This document shows, piece by piece, positions 16,812-26,751 of a DNA stretch of 64,000 nt. The notes under the pieces are model-generated. The model was given only the letters and a program-made list of their open reading frames with translations. It did no database searches and was not told the DNA's origin. The translations under genes and the position numbers were made by a program. Location: the IMG/VR virus record IMGVR_UViG_3300035659_000002; one strand, given 5' to 3'. This stretch comes from a virus. Lineage: Duplodnaviria > Heunggongvirae > Uroviricota > Caudoviricetes. How positions within the stretch are numbered: position 1 is the first letter of the stretch; each line of letters starts with the position of its first letter.

Positions 16812-18278
16812 TTAAATGGTCTTGAATTTCTTGGCTTTGCCCGTTTGTCTGGGATGAGCTTTCACGTCGGTTTCCTTGCCGGTTCTACTCTTTCCCTTGT
16901 GAGCTTCAACACGGGTTATAATAGCCCTCGTTTTCGGTGAAATTCGTTTCTTTGCTTGGGGTTTCTTGCGTCCCGTGCGTCGTTCAGGATACGGGAGATT
17001 GAGTTCACCGGAGCGGCCAAAGACCGTGGTATCCCGCGGAGTAATCTTGCGCGTGACGCGCTTCGATCCTTTAACAGGGGCAAGAGATTCATTTGCCTTG
17101 CCGATCTTGATGCGTTGGAACACGCCCCATTGTATTGCCCGGACATTTGGCTTGCCCGCATATAACTGATCGATCACGTCCTTTGCTTCCTTTTCCGTGG
17201 AGAATGTGCCTGCCAGCTTCTTTTTGCTATCCGGGGTGATTTCAGCGACGATCCACCGCTTGAGGGGGTTGATCTGCGCTCCCATGATCATGGCTTGATT
17301 GCGGAGAATTTGCGTCGGAATGATGAACGTGTGCATTGCACTTGGATAATAAAATCCATGAACCCTTCCGGCGATTGTTCGGAAATAATGGCTTAATCGA
17401 CCTTCGATTTCAAGTTCTTTAAGACCCGCAATGATTTCTCCCTCGGTATATGATTGCCTTTTGAAAAAACTAAAAATGGCTGAATTTGCAACACCAATTG
17501 TAGTTCCTTGATTGAGCTGCTTGTTTGCGCGGGCATGAATGAATAGATAGAGCTTATTTTTTATCTCTTCCATCGCACTCATTTTATTCCTTTTACGGGC
17601 ATTGGGATACACGGTTTGCCATTCGACAAAACGAGCAAATTGTACCTTGCTTTTGCCGAATTTTTTATTAGCGGCCATTTCCCCGTGCGACCGAGCATAA
17701 TTGAGTATTGCATTGACTTCAGCCACGCTTGGTTTCGCCGCGTTCTTGGCCTTGCGATAATAGGTAACCGTGCCGCTCTTTTTGGGTTCGCGTTTCAACG
17801 TGAACTGATCGAGCAGCTTCAATCCCTCATATAGCCCGGCCCGCAATTGCGCGTTCATCAATGGTTTGAACGGATGTAACTTCTCGCCGTCAGGATCGCC
17901 AAACCAAACAGCAATTGGTTTTGCTCGCCCTTTCGTTTTCGACGTGAGCCATTTTGATGCCGATTTTACCGGGACTATAATTGTTTTGCTTGGTAACACG
18001 AACGTCAATTTCTTGATATCCGTGGTTAGCCCCGTAGCCTTCACGATGGCTCGTGGTATCCATGCCATGTACGCGCTGCGAATGTCTTGCACGGCGGTTT
18101 TATCCACGACTTGCTCGAGTTCTCGTAGGACCGTCGTATCATTATTTTTCACCGCGCGTTTCAATTTAGCCAATTGATGCTGTGTTAAAGCAACCTTTGG
18201 CTCATTCTTGCCCGTGAACCCGCCGACTTTCACCGGGTACAACGTGCTTCCGATTTTAAGCGGTAAATAACTTCCCAT
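16812..18278 (-). CDS. Large basic hypothetical protein (possible winged-helix segment, K/R-rich tail)
   Basis: 488-aa ORF; EIIAGLKELEIEGRL...FYY is wHTH-like; very basic C-terminus. Confidence 0.75.
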   Translation of the reverse strand: MGSYLPLKIGSTLYPVKVGGFTGKNEPKVALTQHQLAKLKRAVKNNDTTVLRELEQVVDKTAVQDIRSAYMAWIPRAIVKATGLTTDIKKLTFVLPSKTIIVPVKSASKWLTSKTKGRAKPIAVWFGDPDGEKLHPFKPLMNAQLRAGLYEGLKLLDQFTLKREPKKSGTVTYYRKAKNAAKPSVAEVNAILNYARSHGEMAANKKFGKSKVQFARFVEWQTVYPNARKRNKMSAMEEIKNKLYLFIHARANKQLNQGTTIGVANSAIFSFFKRQSYTEGEIIAGLKELEIEGRLSHYFRTIAGRVHGFYYPSAMHTFIIPTQILRNQAMIMGAQINPLKRWIVAEITPDSKKKLAGTFSTEKEAKDVIDQLYAGKPNVRAIQWGVFQRIKIGKANESLAPVKGSKRVTRKITPRDTTVFGRSGELNLPYPERRTGRKKPQAKKRISPKTRAIITRVEAHKGKSRTGKETDVKAHPRQTGKAKKFKTI

Positions 18279-18285
18279 GTTTTAT

Positions 18286-18690
18286 TCACTTGTTGATATT
18301 TGCGTATTTTTCAAAATCGTCATCGGACAAATACCCTTCAAGGTTTTCATCCAATTGATATACTTGTTCTCGTGAAAGCAGATCCTTGGCATTATCGAGA
18401 AGCATCTTTGCCAAGACATCCGCTCCCGCGTAAAATTTCTTGCCATCAATTTTATGCTCATCGCCGGTCTCTTGATTCCACATCAGCCCAGCCCCGTGCC
18501 AAAATGTATAAAGCAAATCAGAATGTTCACGCACGAAATTGGTTTCGGATTTTGCGGACCTGTTCGGGATTCTCACGTTTCCAACCATGTTATCCAATTT
18601 CAAGTGTTTTTCATAAATTTGATAAGGCATTCTGTGAATTGCCTGGCACTTGATACAGAAATAATGCCCTGAATGCTTTGCTTGTTTCAA
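18286..18690 (-). CDS. Hypothetical protein with an N-terminal C2H2-like Zn site
   Basis: HYFCIKCQAIH...YEKH. Confidence 0.7.
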   Translation of the reverse strand: MKQAKHSGHYFCIKCQAIHRMPYQIYEKHLKLDNMVGNVRIPNRSAKSETNFVREHSDLLYTFWHGAGLMWNQETGDEHKIDGKKFYAGADVLAKMLLDNAKDLLSREQVYQLDENLEGYLSDDDFEKYANINK

Positions 18691-18726
18691 GGCATCGGAT
18701 TGGGTAATAGATTTTGAAATGATAAA

Positions 18727-21189
18727 TCATTCCTCGGGTGGGCCTTCGGTATAATCATCGATCAGGAATGCAAGACCATCCTCGATGATAAATAATAACT
18801 CGTCGCCTGATCGGGATGCTTGCACGATGATGGATTTTGTGCCTTTTGCTTCGGTATGTGACGTGATATATCGGTCGATGCTTTTCTCGACACGTTTCAA
18901 TGCGACCGGATCAGCGGGTTTGACCTTTACCGATATTTCATAAATCCAATTCTTTTCGCCCAGCTTTTCATTATATTTCGTGATGAACAGCCCAGAGCGA
19001 GATAATCGTTTTCGCACGTCATCCATGCTAAAAATCAGGCCATTGGGTGAAAGCGAGAAATACATCCATTTCTTGGGTGAGGGACTAGATTTATTTTGCT
19101 TGGCAAGATGAACTTCCAATGCGGGCAACCCGGTTTTCAACCGGTAATACGTCCCAAATTCGGTTAAATGATCCATTGCGATGCGCCGGGCCTTCCGCGG
19201 GTCATCCGTATGTTCCATTTCGATCTTGATGCCGCGCTTGAGCTGGGATTTTCCATCGGTGATACCGTGGTCCTTCAAGAACCCGAGAAGCTGTTGCACC
19301 GTCCTGATCCGATGGCTCAATGACATGCTCGCCGCGTTGGTGTTCGCATACACCCGTGCTCCCGTTACCGCTTGGTAAAGCACGTCGGAAGTTACATTCG
19401 ATTCTCCCGTTTCTCGCATTCGGGCTTTTAAAATGCGTAATGTGAGTTCAGCTTCGGCCTTGGTAAGTTTGAGGTCAAAAAACTTTTTGGCGATATCCTT
19501 AACATCGCCCACGTCGCTGATCGCACCGTATTTCACGATCTGCTTGGTATATTGATGTCCACTAGGTGACCAACCAATAACTCGGTTTGATTTTGCCGCG
19601 GCATTGAAATTAAATGCGTTCTTGCTCAATCGGAATCGCTTGATTATCTTGGCACGTGCTGCCTTCCCGCTTGGTTCATATAAAAGTTCCTGGATGTTTT
19701 CAAGGCCATATTTCTCGGGAGGAAGGAGCAAATATAATTCATCTTCGAGTCGTTTGTATGGCAGGCCCTCTTCTATTGGTGTTTTTCGCAGATCCCTCAA
19801 AACCGTGGAAATACGGCGGGATACCGGCGTTGCTTTGGTCGTTTCGTTCTTTTTTGATGGAATATACCTCACCCGTACAGGAACAGAAAAATTAGATTTT
19901 TTCACCCAATTCTCTGCGTCTTGCTTGGCAGCTTCCAATGTATAAAGTTCACGATTATAAATCCTGTAACTCGTTGAAAAAACATTGCCGAATTGGTCCA
20001 AAAATTCGAGGGCAAATACATGACTATGTGGATTGCTTGCAAAAGGAGCGGCATTGGAACGAATACCAGCTACGATAGCATCAAAATTCTTGAGATTGAT
20101 CGCAAACCGAACATCCGGTTTAGTGGTCGTGGCATACCAGACTTCCATGTTAATTCCTTCCGATGCTAATTTTGCCTTGCATGTTGGAATTTTTGCATTG
20201 GCCGCTGCAATTTGATCGGGAGTCCATGTGAGGTCTTTTCCACAAACACATTTTCCTCGTTCTCGTGAAGTTTCTTCGACCTCTTCCGGTTCACCCTCTT
20301 CTTCCTCGTGAGATTTAGGTTTGACCTTGTATTGTATTTTACATTTCGTGCAATAGGTTTTATAAGTTTTCGGTATTCCTTTCATGTCCCGCACGTCAAC
20401 GACTTCACCCGTGGTCCGCATGACATAATGGGCATCACGTGACCATAAATTTAACGATGATGCATCGACTGATTCAACCCATGATTTGGAAAATTTCGTG
20501 ATCTTTTTTGGAGTACCTGCGGCAAATAGATGTGCCGTGCGGCCTGCCAAAGGTCCACCCTTTTGAAAAACTTCATCAACCTCGGCAAACGTTTTTGGCT
20601 TTTGAATGGAAGCAAAATCTTTCCCGAATGGTACACCAACGCGTTGGCCATCCTCGGCTGCTGGTTTCACGATTCTCGAAAGTTTTTTTGCCGATCCTTT
20701 CATTTGCTCGACCCAATCGGGGGCTTTTGGATTGAATTGCATCGAAACGATCATTTGAAAATGATATTGGTTTTGTAATTTTTTATATTCATCCATGTAT
20801 TCGTCCTGGAGATTTTGCGTGGCTTTGGCATTACCAATAACTTCCGGGATCGTTATGATCAGATTTCCAGGATGCTTCGATGCTTGCAAAAGCAATTTAT
20901 ATTGATCCGTGACGAACTTGAAATAATCCCGAGCTGATTTATCCGAAAAATATTCTTTTTCAGAGATTTTTTTACTTTTCTTAAAATCTCGCCATCGTTC
21001 AAAGCTACCGTTATCCATGAAGATTTTAAGTCCTAAATCTTCCAATCTGGCAAACGACGGAGCAATCACTTGATAACCCTGGTAAATATTTAAACATACC
21101 CCATCTTTCGGTGTTGGTGTTGATGCAATGATTCTATGGGTTTCGGCGGGTGATGTTCCGTGATAAACTTGTAGCTTCTTTTTTGCCAT
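18727..21189 (-). CDS. Mosaic protein: TGT/DpdA-like TIM-barrel domain, Zn ribbon and DUF5661
   Basis: YHGT, FMDNGSF, IPEVIGN, HLFAAG and SVDASS motifs of viral TGT-like enzymes; LKRGIKIEMEHTDDPRKARRIAMDHLTEFGTYY matches DUF5661. Confidence 0.75.
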   Translation of the reverse strand: MAKKKLQVYHGTSPAETHRIIASTPTPKDGVCLNIYQGYQVIAPSFARLEDLGLKIFMDNGSFERWRDFKKSKKISEKEYFSDKSARDYFKFVTDQYKLLLQASKHPGNLIITIPEVIGNAKATQNLQDEYMDEYKKLQNQYHFQMIVSMQFNPKAPDWVEQMKGSAKKLSRIVKPAAEDGQRVGVPFGKDFASIQKPKTFAEVDEVFQKGGPLAGRTAHLFAAGTPKKITKFSKSWVESVDASSLNLWSRDAHYVMRTTGEVVDVRDMKGIPKTYKTYCTKCKIQYKVKPKSHEEEEGEPEEVEETSRERGKCVCGKDLTWTPDQIAAANAKIPTCKAKLASEGINMEVWYATTTKPDVRFAINLKNFDAIVAGIRSNAAPFASNPHSHVFALEFLDQFGNVFSTSYRIYNRELYTLEAAKQDAENWVKKSNFSVPVRVRYIPSKKNETTKATPVSRRISTVLRDLRKTPIEEGLPYKRLEDELYLLLPPEKYGLENIQELLYEPSGKAARAKIIKRFRLSKNAFNFNAAAKSNRVIGWSPSGHQYTKQIVKYGAISDVGDVKDIAKKFFDLKLTKAEAELTLRILKARMRETGESNVTSDVLYQAVTGARVYANTNAASMSLSHRIRTVQQLLGFLKDHGITDGKSQLKRGIKIEMEHTDDPRKARRIAMDHLTEFGTYYRLKTGLPALEVHLAKQNKSSPSPKKWMYFSLSPNGLIFSMDDVRKRLSRSGLFITKYNEKLGEKNWIYEISVKVKPADPVALKRVEKSIDRYITSHTEAKGTKSIIVQASRSGDELLFIIEDGLAFLIDDYTEGPPEE

Positions 21190-21282
21190 GATTAGTGATT
21201 ATCCCGATTCAATACAAAAACTTTTTGTCTAATCCTGGTTGCCTGTGGTCAATGAATGATTTGGGCAATATTGAGCCAACGA

Positions 21283-21744
21283 TTATCTCTTTCGTTTGTT
21301 GCCATTCGGGGATACTGCCACACGATACCCGGCAACATATAATATTGCAACCAAGGTGATGGATGCCAGGATCGCTATTACTCCGATTCGATTGAATGGG
21401 TTTGAAATGTCAGGTTCTAATGTTCGATAAGTAAGAATGGCCCCCACGATCAAGAAAAAGATCAGCGTATAAATGATTGCCCTTGGAGATGCCTTTCCAC
21501 CTTTCCATAGAATCACGGCAATTATCAAAATAACCAAATAAAAAGTCGCTGATAGAAAATACCAATAAAACATGTTGAGTTCAGGAGGAATTGGTCCTTG
21601 CATGGATGCCATGAAATAAATAAAATCCGTGGGTTCGGGCATTAGTTCTCCAATACACATGCCAAGAATAAAAATTATGAAAACGTGCCATGATTCAATC
21701 TTTTTTCGATAAACCTTGACTGATTTATTACCTTTCGATGGCAT
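21283..21744 (-). CDS. Multi-pass membrane protein (about 4 TM)
   Basis: Start at MPSKGNK (1 nt after the upstream stop); four hydrophobic segments. Confidence 0.75.
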   Translation of the reverse strand: MPSKGNKSVKVYRKKIESWHVFIIFILGMCIGELMPEPTDFIYFMASMQGPIPPELNMFYWYFLSATFYLVILIIAVILWKGGKASPRAIIYTLIFFLIVGAILTYRTLEPDISNPFNRIGVIAILASITLVAILYVAGYRVAVSPNGNKRKR

Positions 21745-21745
21745 G

Positions 21746-24385
21746 TTATCCCCATGGTAATTTTTTTCCGGGTTTGCCTTGTTTTTTGAATGCCGATGCC
21801 AGCACGATGCCTGCACCGGTGATCCCGGCAATTGATATCACGGCGATGATGATATTAAGTTCAGTCGGGATGGGTTGGGCTTCAGGAATTGTTTTTTTAC
21901 CAAGCGTGATCGAGGGAATATCATTGCTCTTGAACTCGATATCTTTTTTCTCGATTTCCGTGCCGTTGAGGTCCATGACTATGTAGGTATATTTTCCCAG
22001 GGCAAGCCGCAAAATGATTTGTGTGTCCGGTGGAAGCTGATAGTAAATCGTTTTTTGATTCCTGGTCAAGAAAAAATCAACGGTAAAATCGTGCTGATTT
22101 GAAAGGATAATCGAAGCAATAGGCAATCCAATATTAATGTAATTTCCATCGATATATCTATTGATCGTCAAGTTCTTGATAACCGTATTGGAAAAATCCT
22201 TGACCACGATATTTGCATTAGGAGATAACACTCGTATGTTTTCAGTTGTAACTTGCGATCCGTTGATATAGGTCTGCACTAACTCCCATGGGAAACCAAG
22301 ATTGTCGAGCGTTGAATAATATCGTAGCCAAAATTCATATTTGGCTGCGATAGGCAGTTTAATTGGATCTGAAAACCACGTTCCTGCGTTATACAAAGTT
22401 TCATTCGTGAACTTATCAGTAACGAGAAGTGAAGCATTAGGAGCAGTGAACACGAGGTTATAAGCACTATATTCAATTCCATTATTAAAAACATGAAGCT
22501 CATCCAACATGTGCGAGTCCTGGATCGTGATCGCGGATTCTAATGCGAAACTATACATGAACAATGCCGATTTTGCTGTGAAAGTAGTTTTCAGCAATTT
22601 TTGAGTGTATGTGCCATTGTCATATTTTTCCCATGCTAAATAGTAAATATTCAAGGCAATATATTTCAATCCGAGATAATCTACACTCAAGGGGCAGTAA
22701 TCAGCGTCAAATCGAACTTGAAATTCTATAATGTTTGATCCTATTCCTCTAAAATTCTCGGATGGTTGTAAAATAATACCGCCATCAATATTATTATCGA
22801 AAGTATATAACGATGAAACTGAAAGCATTGTAGGATCGGGAAAGTTCGGATTCCCAGTTGGCTGCGCGTACAATGGAATTATTCCAATTTCACAAATATT
22901 CGTGCTGTTGCGCTCTAAATATCCCGATATAGTATATTGAAAATTACTTGTTCCTTGCGCGTGTGAAACGTGACATTGTTGTGAAACAATCTTGTTCACG
23001 CTTGAATTTCCATAATCGAGAATCCCGCTATCATTAGCATTGAAAGCAGCAAAGAATAATCCACGACTATCACCAAACCAAATTTCAAAAGCTTCACGAT
23101 TTGATACCTCTGCATACGTGATTAATTTATACGGAATATAAATATCGAAAAATAGGCCCGACCGCGATCCGGAACTAATAAACCACGTTTGCCATATCTT
23201 GAATCGCGTGTCTTGCCCAAACAATACCACTCCGTCGGAAAGATCGGTCATTATTTTGATAGTCACATCGGATTCTATTTGTTGTGGCAAAAAACCAATG
23301 TTTTGATCTTTTTCAATCGTGTAAAACACACCATAATCGGTTGAATAATTCACGAAAAGCCTATATGTGTTAAATGTGGTGGTCAAGTAATTCCAAATCA
23401 ATGTTTCATAAAAATACGTTACCGTTCCAGCAATGACCCAATTAAATGGCTTTGAAACGCGGAAATAGGCCGGGACGTATGATAAGGGAATTTGCTCGAT
23501 TGTGTTATTATACACGATTTTGCTGCTTCCGTCAACCATGAACACGTGCTTGTTCGTGAGTGAAAAACTATATATCACAATCGAACTAGGTTGTAAAGAT
23601 AATATAGCATCATCAAAGATTAAACAATCTGTAGTTGATATACTCACATTAGTAAAATCTTGAACGATAGAGAAAGAACCATCAAGAGAATAGCCGAACG
23701 GAATATTGGTCGTGCCGTCCCGGAACTTGCCAGCTATATATGAATACGGAGTTTGATATATAGCAGAATAAATTTTCATGTCATTGATCGATGTAAACAA
23801 ACCCGGATTAGGTATTGTCACGTTTGACATGTAATCAAAATGAGTACCGGTGAATTTAAGTTGAAATATACTAATTTCATCAGTTGTCGTGTTCTTTCCT
23901 AAACACACCAATTCGGTAGGAGTCGTGAATGCTTTTTGCAGCTCGAATTCATCCATATCAAGATTCCATTTCAAGAGATATGAAATATCAATTCCTTTTT
24001 CAAGACCGGTTTCATACCATGTGAACCCGTCATGAATATTAGTAACATTGAACACCAATATACTACCGTTTTTCAAGACAAGCGTTCGATAACTATTCTC
24101 CGAGCCGTTACCAGACAAGGTAGGCCTCAAAATGCTTATATCTATATAATCCACTGCACCATTGATTGTTGGACTGTTATCAGCACTATAACGATGAACC
24201 TCATCATAATTTACCATTCTGTAATGAATGTTATACTTTGTTGAAAAATCAGGAATGGGAATCGTTGATGTCGAGAGAGTTTCCACTTTATATATTTGTG
24301 TTGAATCTCCAACAGGGATGATAAAACAAGTCAGGACAGGAATGATGACCAATGCAATGATGATCAAAATTGACACGTGCTTCAT
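21746..24385 (-). CDS. 879-aa surface protein with an N-terminal signal/anchor and a C-terminal TM
   Basis: MKHVSILIIIALVII signal; beta-rich body with many NxS/T sequons; C-terminal IIIAVISIAGITGAGIVLA followed by a basic tail. Confidence 0.85.
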   Translation of the reverse strand: MKHVSILIIIALVIIPVLTCFIIPVGDSTQIYKVETLSTSTIPIPDFSTKYNIHYRMVNYDEVHRYSADNSPTINGAVDYIDISILRPTLSGNGSENSYRTLVLKNGSILVFNVTNIHDGFTWYETGLEKGIDISYLLKWNLDMDEFELQKAFTTPTELVCLGKNTTTDEISIFQLKFTGTHFDYMSNVTIPNPGLFTSINDMKIYSAIYQTPYSYIAGKFRDGTTNIPFGYSLDGSFSIVQDFTNVSISTTDCLIFDDAILSLQPSSIVIYSFSLTNKHVFMVDGSSKIVYNNTIEQIPLSYVPAYFRVSKPFNWVIAGTVTYFYETLIWNYLTTTFNTYRLFVNYSTDYGVFYTIEKDQNIGFLPQQIESDVTIKIMTDLSDGVVLFGQDTRFKIWQTWFISSGSRSGLFFDIYIPYKLITYAEVSNREAFEIWFGDSRGLFFAAFNANDSGILDYGNSSVNKIVSQQCHVSHAQGTSNFQYTISGYLERNSTNICEIGIIPLYAQPTGNPNFPDPTMLSVSSLYTFDNNIDGGIILQPSENFRGIGSNIIEFQVRFDADYCPLSVDYLGLKYIALNIYYLAWEKYDNGTYTQKLLKTTFTAKSALFMYSFALESAITIQDSHMLDELHVFNNGIEYSAYNLVFTAPNASLLVTDKFTNETLYNAGTWFSDPIKLPIAAKYEFWLRYYSTLDNLGFPWELVQTYINGSQVTTENIRVLSPNANIVVKDFSNTVIKNLTINRYIDGNYINIGLPIASIILSNQHDFTVDFFLTRNQKTIYYQLPPDTQIILRLALGKYTYIVMDLNGTEIEKKDIEFKSNDIPSITLGKKTIPEAQPIPTELNIIIAVISIAGITGAGIVLASAFKKQGKPGKKLPWG

Positions 24386-24409
24386 GTGTTGAGATAACCC
24401 ATCATGCTA

Positions 24410-24422
24410 TAATAAAGATTTT
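24410..24422 (-). promoter_or_regulatory. Putative BRE/TATA promoter (AAAATCTTTATTA)
   Basis: About 25 nt upstream of the ATG at 24385; identical 13-mer at 6182-6194. Confidence 0.55.
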
Positions 24423-24454
24423 GTATAGGCAAAAAATAGAAAAAAAATATAGAT

Positions 24455-25408
24455 TTAGTACATCCTGGAAGATCGACGACGAGCAGCATTAGGAGGGGCT
24501 TGGGGAAACACCACGCTCTCTAATTCCTCGGGTGAGGATGCGGGAATGGTCGTGGGCATTAATAATGCCGGGGGGATGACCACCTGGGGGACTTGGACGG
24601 GGGCAGCTGCCGCGGCAAGGGCTTTCTTTTGTGCCTTGCGTTGTGCTATAGCTGCCTTTTGTTCCTCGGTTTTAGGTTTGGCCTTTTTCTCTTTCTTTTC
24701 CTTCTTTTCCGGGGCTTTCGCTTCGGGTTTTTTTTTCCCAGCTGCATATCCTCGGATTGCCATCCGTTCAATATATTTCCTTGACTCTTCCGCTGACATC
24801 CCTCCGAGCTTTAAGGCTAATTCTTCTTTGGCTGTTTTGGGCTTTTTTTCAGCTTTGCCAGCTGCCTTTTTCTGCGCTCGTTTAGCCATGATCGCCGTGG
24901 CTTCTGCCTCGCTCTTGCCTGACGCAATGAGTTTTGCTTTGGCCGCTGCTCGTGCCTTGCGAGAACGTTTGGCCGCGAGATATTCTTCTCGTTCCTTTTT
25001 GCTCATGGATGCAAGCTTGGCTGCAGTCCGTTTCCTGGATGCACGTTTGATTGATTCTTCCTTTGCGGCTTCTTTTTCCGCTTTGGACATTCCCTTTTTC
25101 TTTTCGATGCGTGCCTTTTTCTTGGCAAGTTGCTTTTCGGTCAACGGCTTCTTCGCGGTTTTGAGTAATACCTCGTAGCCATCGACTTTCACGAATGCTT
25201 GGCCCTTGGTGAACGGACGTTCCTTGATGGTATGCGTGTAGTCAATGATACCGTCGTTTGGAATGCCTTTCTTTATCGGACCTGCGGGGGCAATACCGAC
25301 CTTCTTGCCCATTCGGGCTTGCGCTTTGGCAACCTTCGGGGTGACGAAAACTCGACCGGTTATAGGGGTGACAACCGACTTGTTTTTCTTGGATTTTTTC
25401 TTTGCCAT
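24455..25408 (-). CDS. Lys/Ala-rich basic protein (histone H1-like composition; putative DNA-condensing protein)
   Basis: Low-complexity K/A/E repeats (KAEKKPKTAKEE, KKEKKEKKAKPKTEEQKAA); P-rich C-terminus. Confidence 0.75.
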   Translation of the reverse strand: MAKKKSKKNKSVVTPITGRVFVTPKVAKAQARMGKKVGIAPAGPIKKGIPNDGIIDYTHTIKERPFTKGQAFVKVDGYEVLLKTAKKPLTEKQLAKKKARIEKKKGMSKAEKEAAKEESIKRASRKRTAAKLASMSKKEREEYLAAKRSRKARAAAKAKLIASGKSEAEATAIMAKRAQKKAAGKAEKKPKTAKEELALKLGGMSAEESRKYIERMAIRGYAAGKKKPEAKAPEKKEKKEKKAKPKTEEQKAAIAQRKAQKKALAAAAAPVQVPQVVIPPALLMPTTIPASSPEELESVVFPQAPPNAARRRSSRMY

Positions 25409-25444
25409 AATAATTTCCTCATTCTTTTGTTTTGATTAAAACTT

Positions 25445-25475
25445 GGAAAAAAGGTTAGAGGGGGCTGCCCTCACC
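25445..25475 (-). terminator. Putative terminator (short GAGGG/CCCTC hairpin plus T-tract)
   Basis: The minus strand reads GGTGAGGGCAGCCCCCTCTAACCTTTTTTCC immediately after the stop at 25476. Confidence 0.45.
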
Positions 25476-26399
25476 TTATGTCCTTATGGCAATCGTCGCG
25501 TCACTCCAGACGAGCTGGATCGAATTGATGAGAATATCTGCAGCATCGTTGTTGTTCCAGATCAGGTTGAACATCGAGGGGACGGGGCCGAGAACGCCGA
25601 ACGTGAACTTCAATGCCGTGTCATTAATGCGTGTTTTCACGGCACCGTTCATTGAGAGCCAGCTCATCGAAATCGTGGTATTCGCGGTTACGATCCACGC
25701 AGGAGTATCCGGTGTCTCGTTGGGATAATTCTCGCCGGAAACATACTTGGCGAAAGGTTGCGACATGTTCGTTCCTGCGAAGAGCGTCACGTTCCGTTGA
25801 GCCACGATCAAGTGCATGTTGGTAATTGCATCGAACGATTGGCTATCAACGACCTGGAAGTTTCCATCGCTGGGGGTTTCGTAGAACATAAGAGTGTTCT
25901 TCGACGTTGCAGACAAGACGAAGTACCGATCATAGTAGTAGTGATCGTAGGTCGTGTCGATTTCATCGATCACGGCTGCATCATCGGTGTCCCAATCACC
26001 TGCCACGACACAACCTGCCGCGCGCAAGACCCAATGATCATAATCCGTGTCCAGATCAGCAACCCGAAGATCGCCAAGCGAATCGCTTGCATCGAGTTCA
26101 TCAAAGTTCCCGAAATCCGTGAGATCGTTCCCGGTTACACCCCAGAGCGTGTAATTAAACGAGTCCTCGGGGAGTGCAAGGTTACGTGGAGCGTCCCAAG
26201 CCACTACGCTGAATTGACCGGTCGGAGGAGGGGGAGCGGTTGAACCACCGAACCAACCAATTACGGTGGAACTGATCGGTCCCCAAAAGCTGCCGACTAA
26301 AATACCGACGACCGCCAAGGGAACTAACCATTTCCAATTACCACCGAACCAATGACCGACCGAGCTTGTTGACTTGCCTTTTTTTCTGCTTAAACTCAT
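25476..26399 (-). CDS. Membrane-anchored beta-rich protein, candidate major virion/structural protein
   Basis: Start MSLSRKK; basic N-terminus, TM WLVPLAVVGILVGSFW, PPPP linker; own TATA box and terminator; GC-richer codons by eye. Confidence 0.7.
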   Translation of the reverse strand: MSLSRKKGKSTSSVGHWFGGNWKWLVPLAVVGILVGSFWGPISSTVIGWFGGSTAPPPPTGQFSVVAWDAPRNLALPEDSFNYTLWGVTGNDLTDFGNFDELDASDSLGDLRVADLDTDYDHWVLRAAGCVVAGDWDTDDAAVIDEIDTTYDHYYYDRYFVLSATSKNTLMFYETPSDGNFQVVDSQSFDAITNMHLIVAQRNVTLFAGTNMSQPFAKYVSGENYPNETPDTPAWIVTANTTISMSWLSMNGAVKTRINDTALKFTFGVLGPVPSMFNLIWNNNDAADILINSIQLVWSDATIAIRT

Positions 26400-26455
26400 G
26401 ATAAATATGCCTCGTGTGTGCATGTAAAGAGACAAGTGAATGAATCGGCACGGCA

Positions 26456-26464
26456 TTATATAAA
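26456..26464 (-). promoter_or_regulatory. TATA box (TTTATATAA)
   Basis: Consensus archaeal TATA upstream of 25476-26399. Confidence 0.55.
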
Positions 26465-26569
26465 CATGATGTGGGGCAAAACGGCGGGTTGCCTCCCATC
26501 AAATAAAAATACCCTTCAAGTCTTGTTAAACCAAAAAAATAAAGAATAAGCACGTCAAAAAAACATTCT

Positions 26570-26734
26570 TTATTTTCGACGCGGTATCTTGATTTTCCTT
26601 CGCTGCATGACAATCGCTATTATCGTTATTGCACCGATGGCAATAATAACGATTATCCATGATTCAGTGCCTGTCAATCCCGTGAATCCGGGTAATTCGC
26701 CTCCACCTGGTTGATTAACTTTTCGTTCAATCGA
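26570..26734 (-). pseudogene. Start-less 54-codon frame encoding a PGF-CTERM-like membrane anchor
   Basis: Hand translation SIERKVNQPGGGELPGFTGLTGTESWIIVIIAIGAITIIAIVMQRRKIKIPRRK*; no in-frame ATG before the TM; resembles the C-terminus of the upstream 2030-aa protein. Confidence 0.65.
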
Positions 26735-26751
26735 TCATTAAAAAAAGTAGT

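Noticed and set aside
18727-21189. YHGT motif read as an ADP-ribosyltransferase
   Set aside because: Downstream motifs fit the TGT-like barrel, whose viral members start with a similar YHG motif; no ART S-x-S/E motifs seen.
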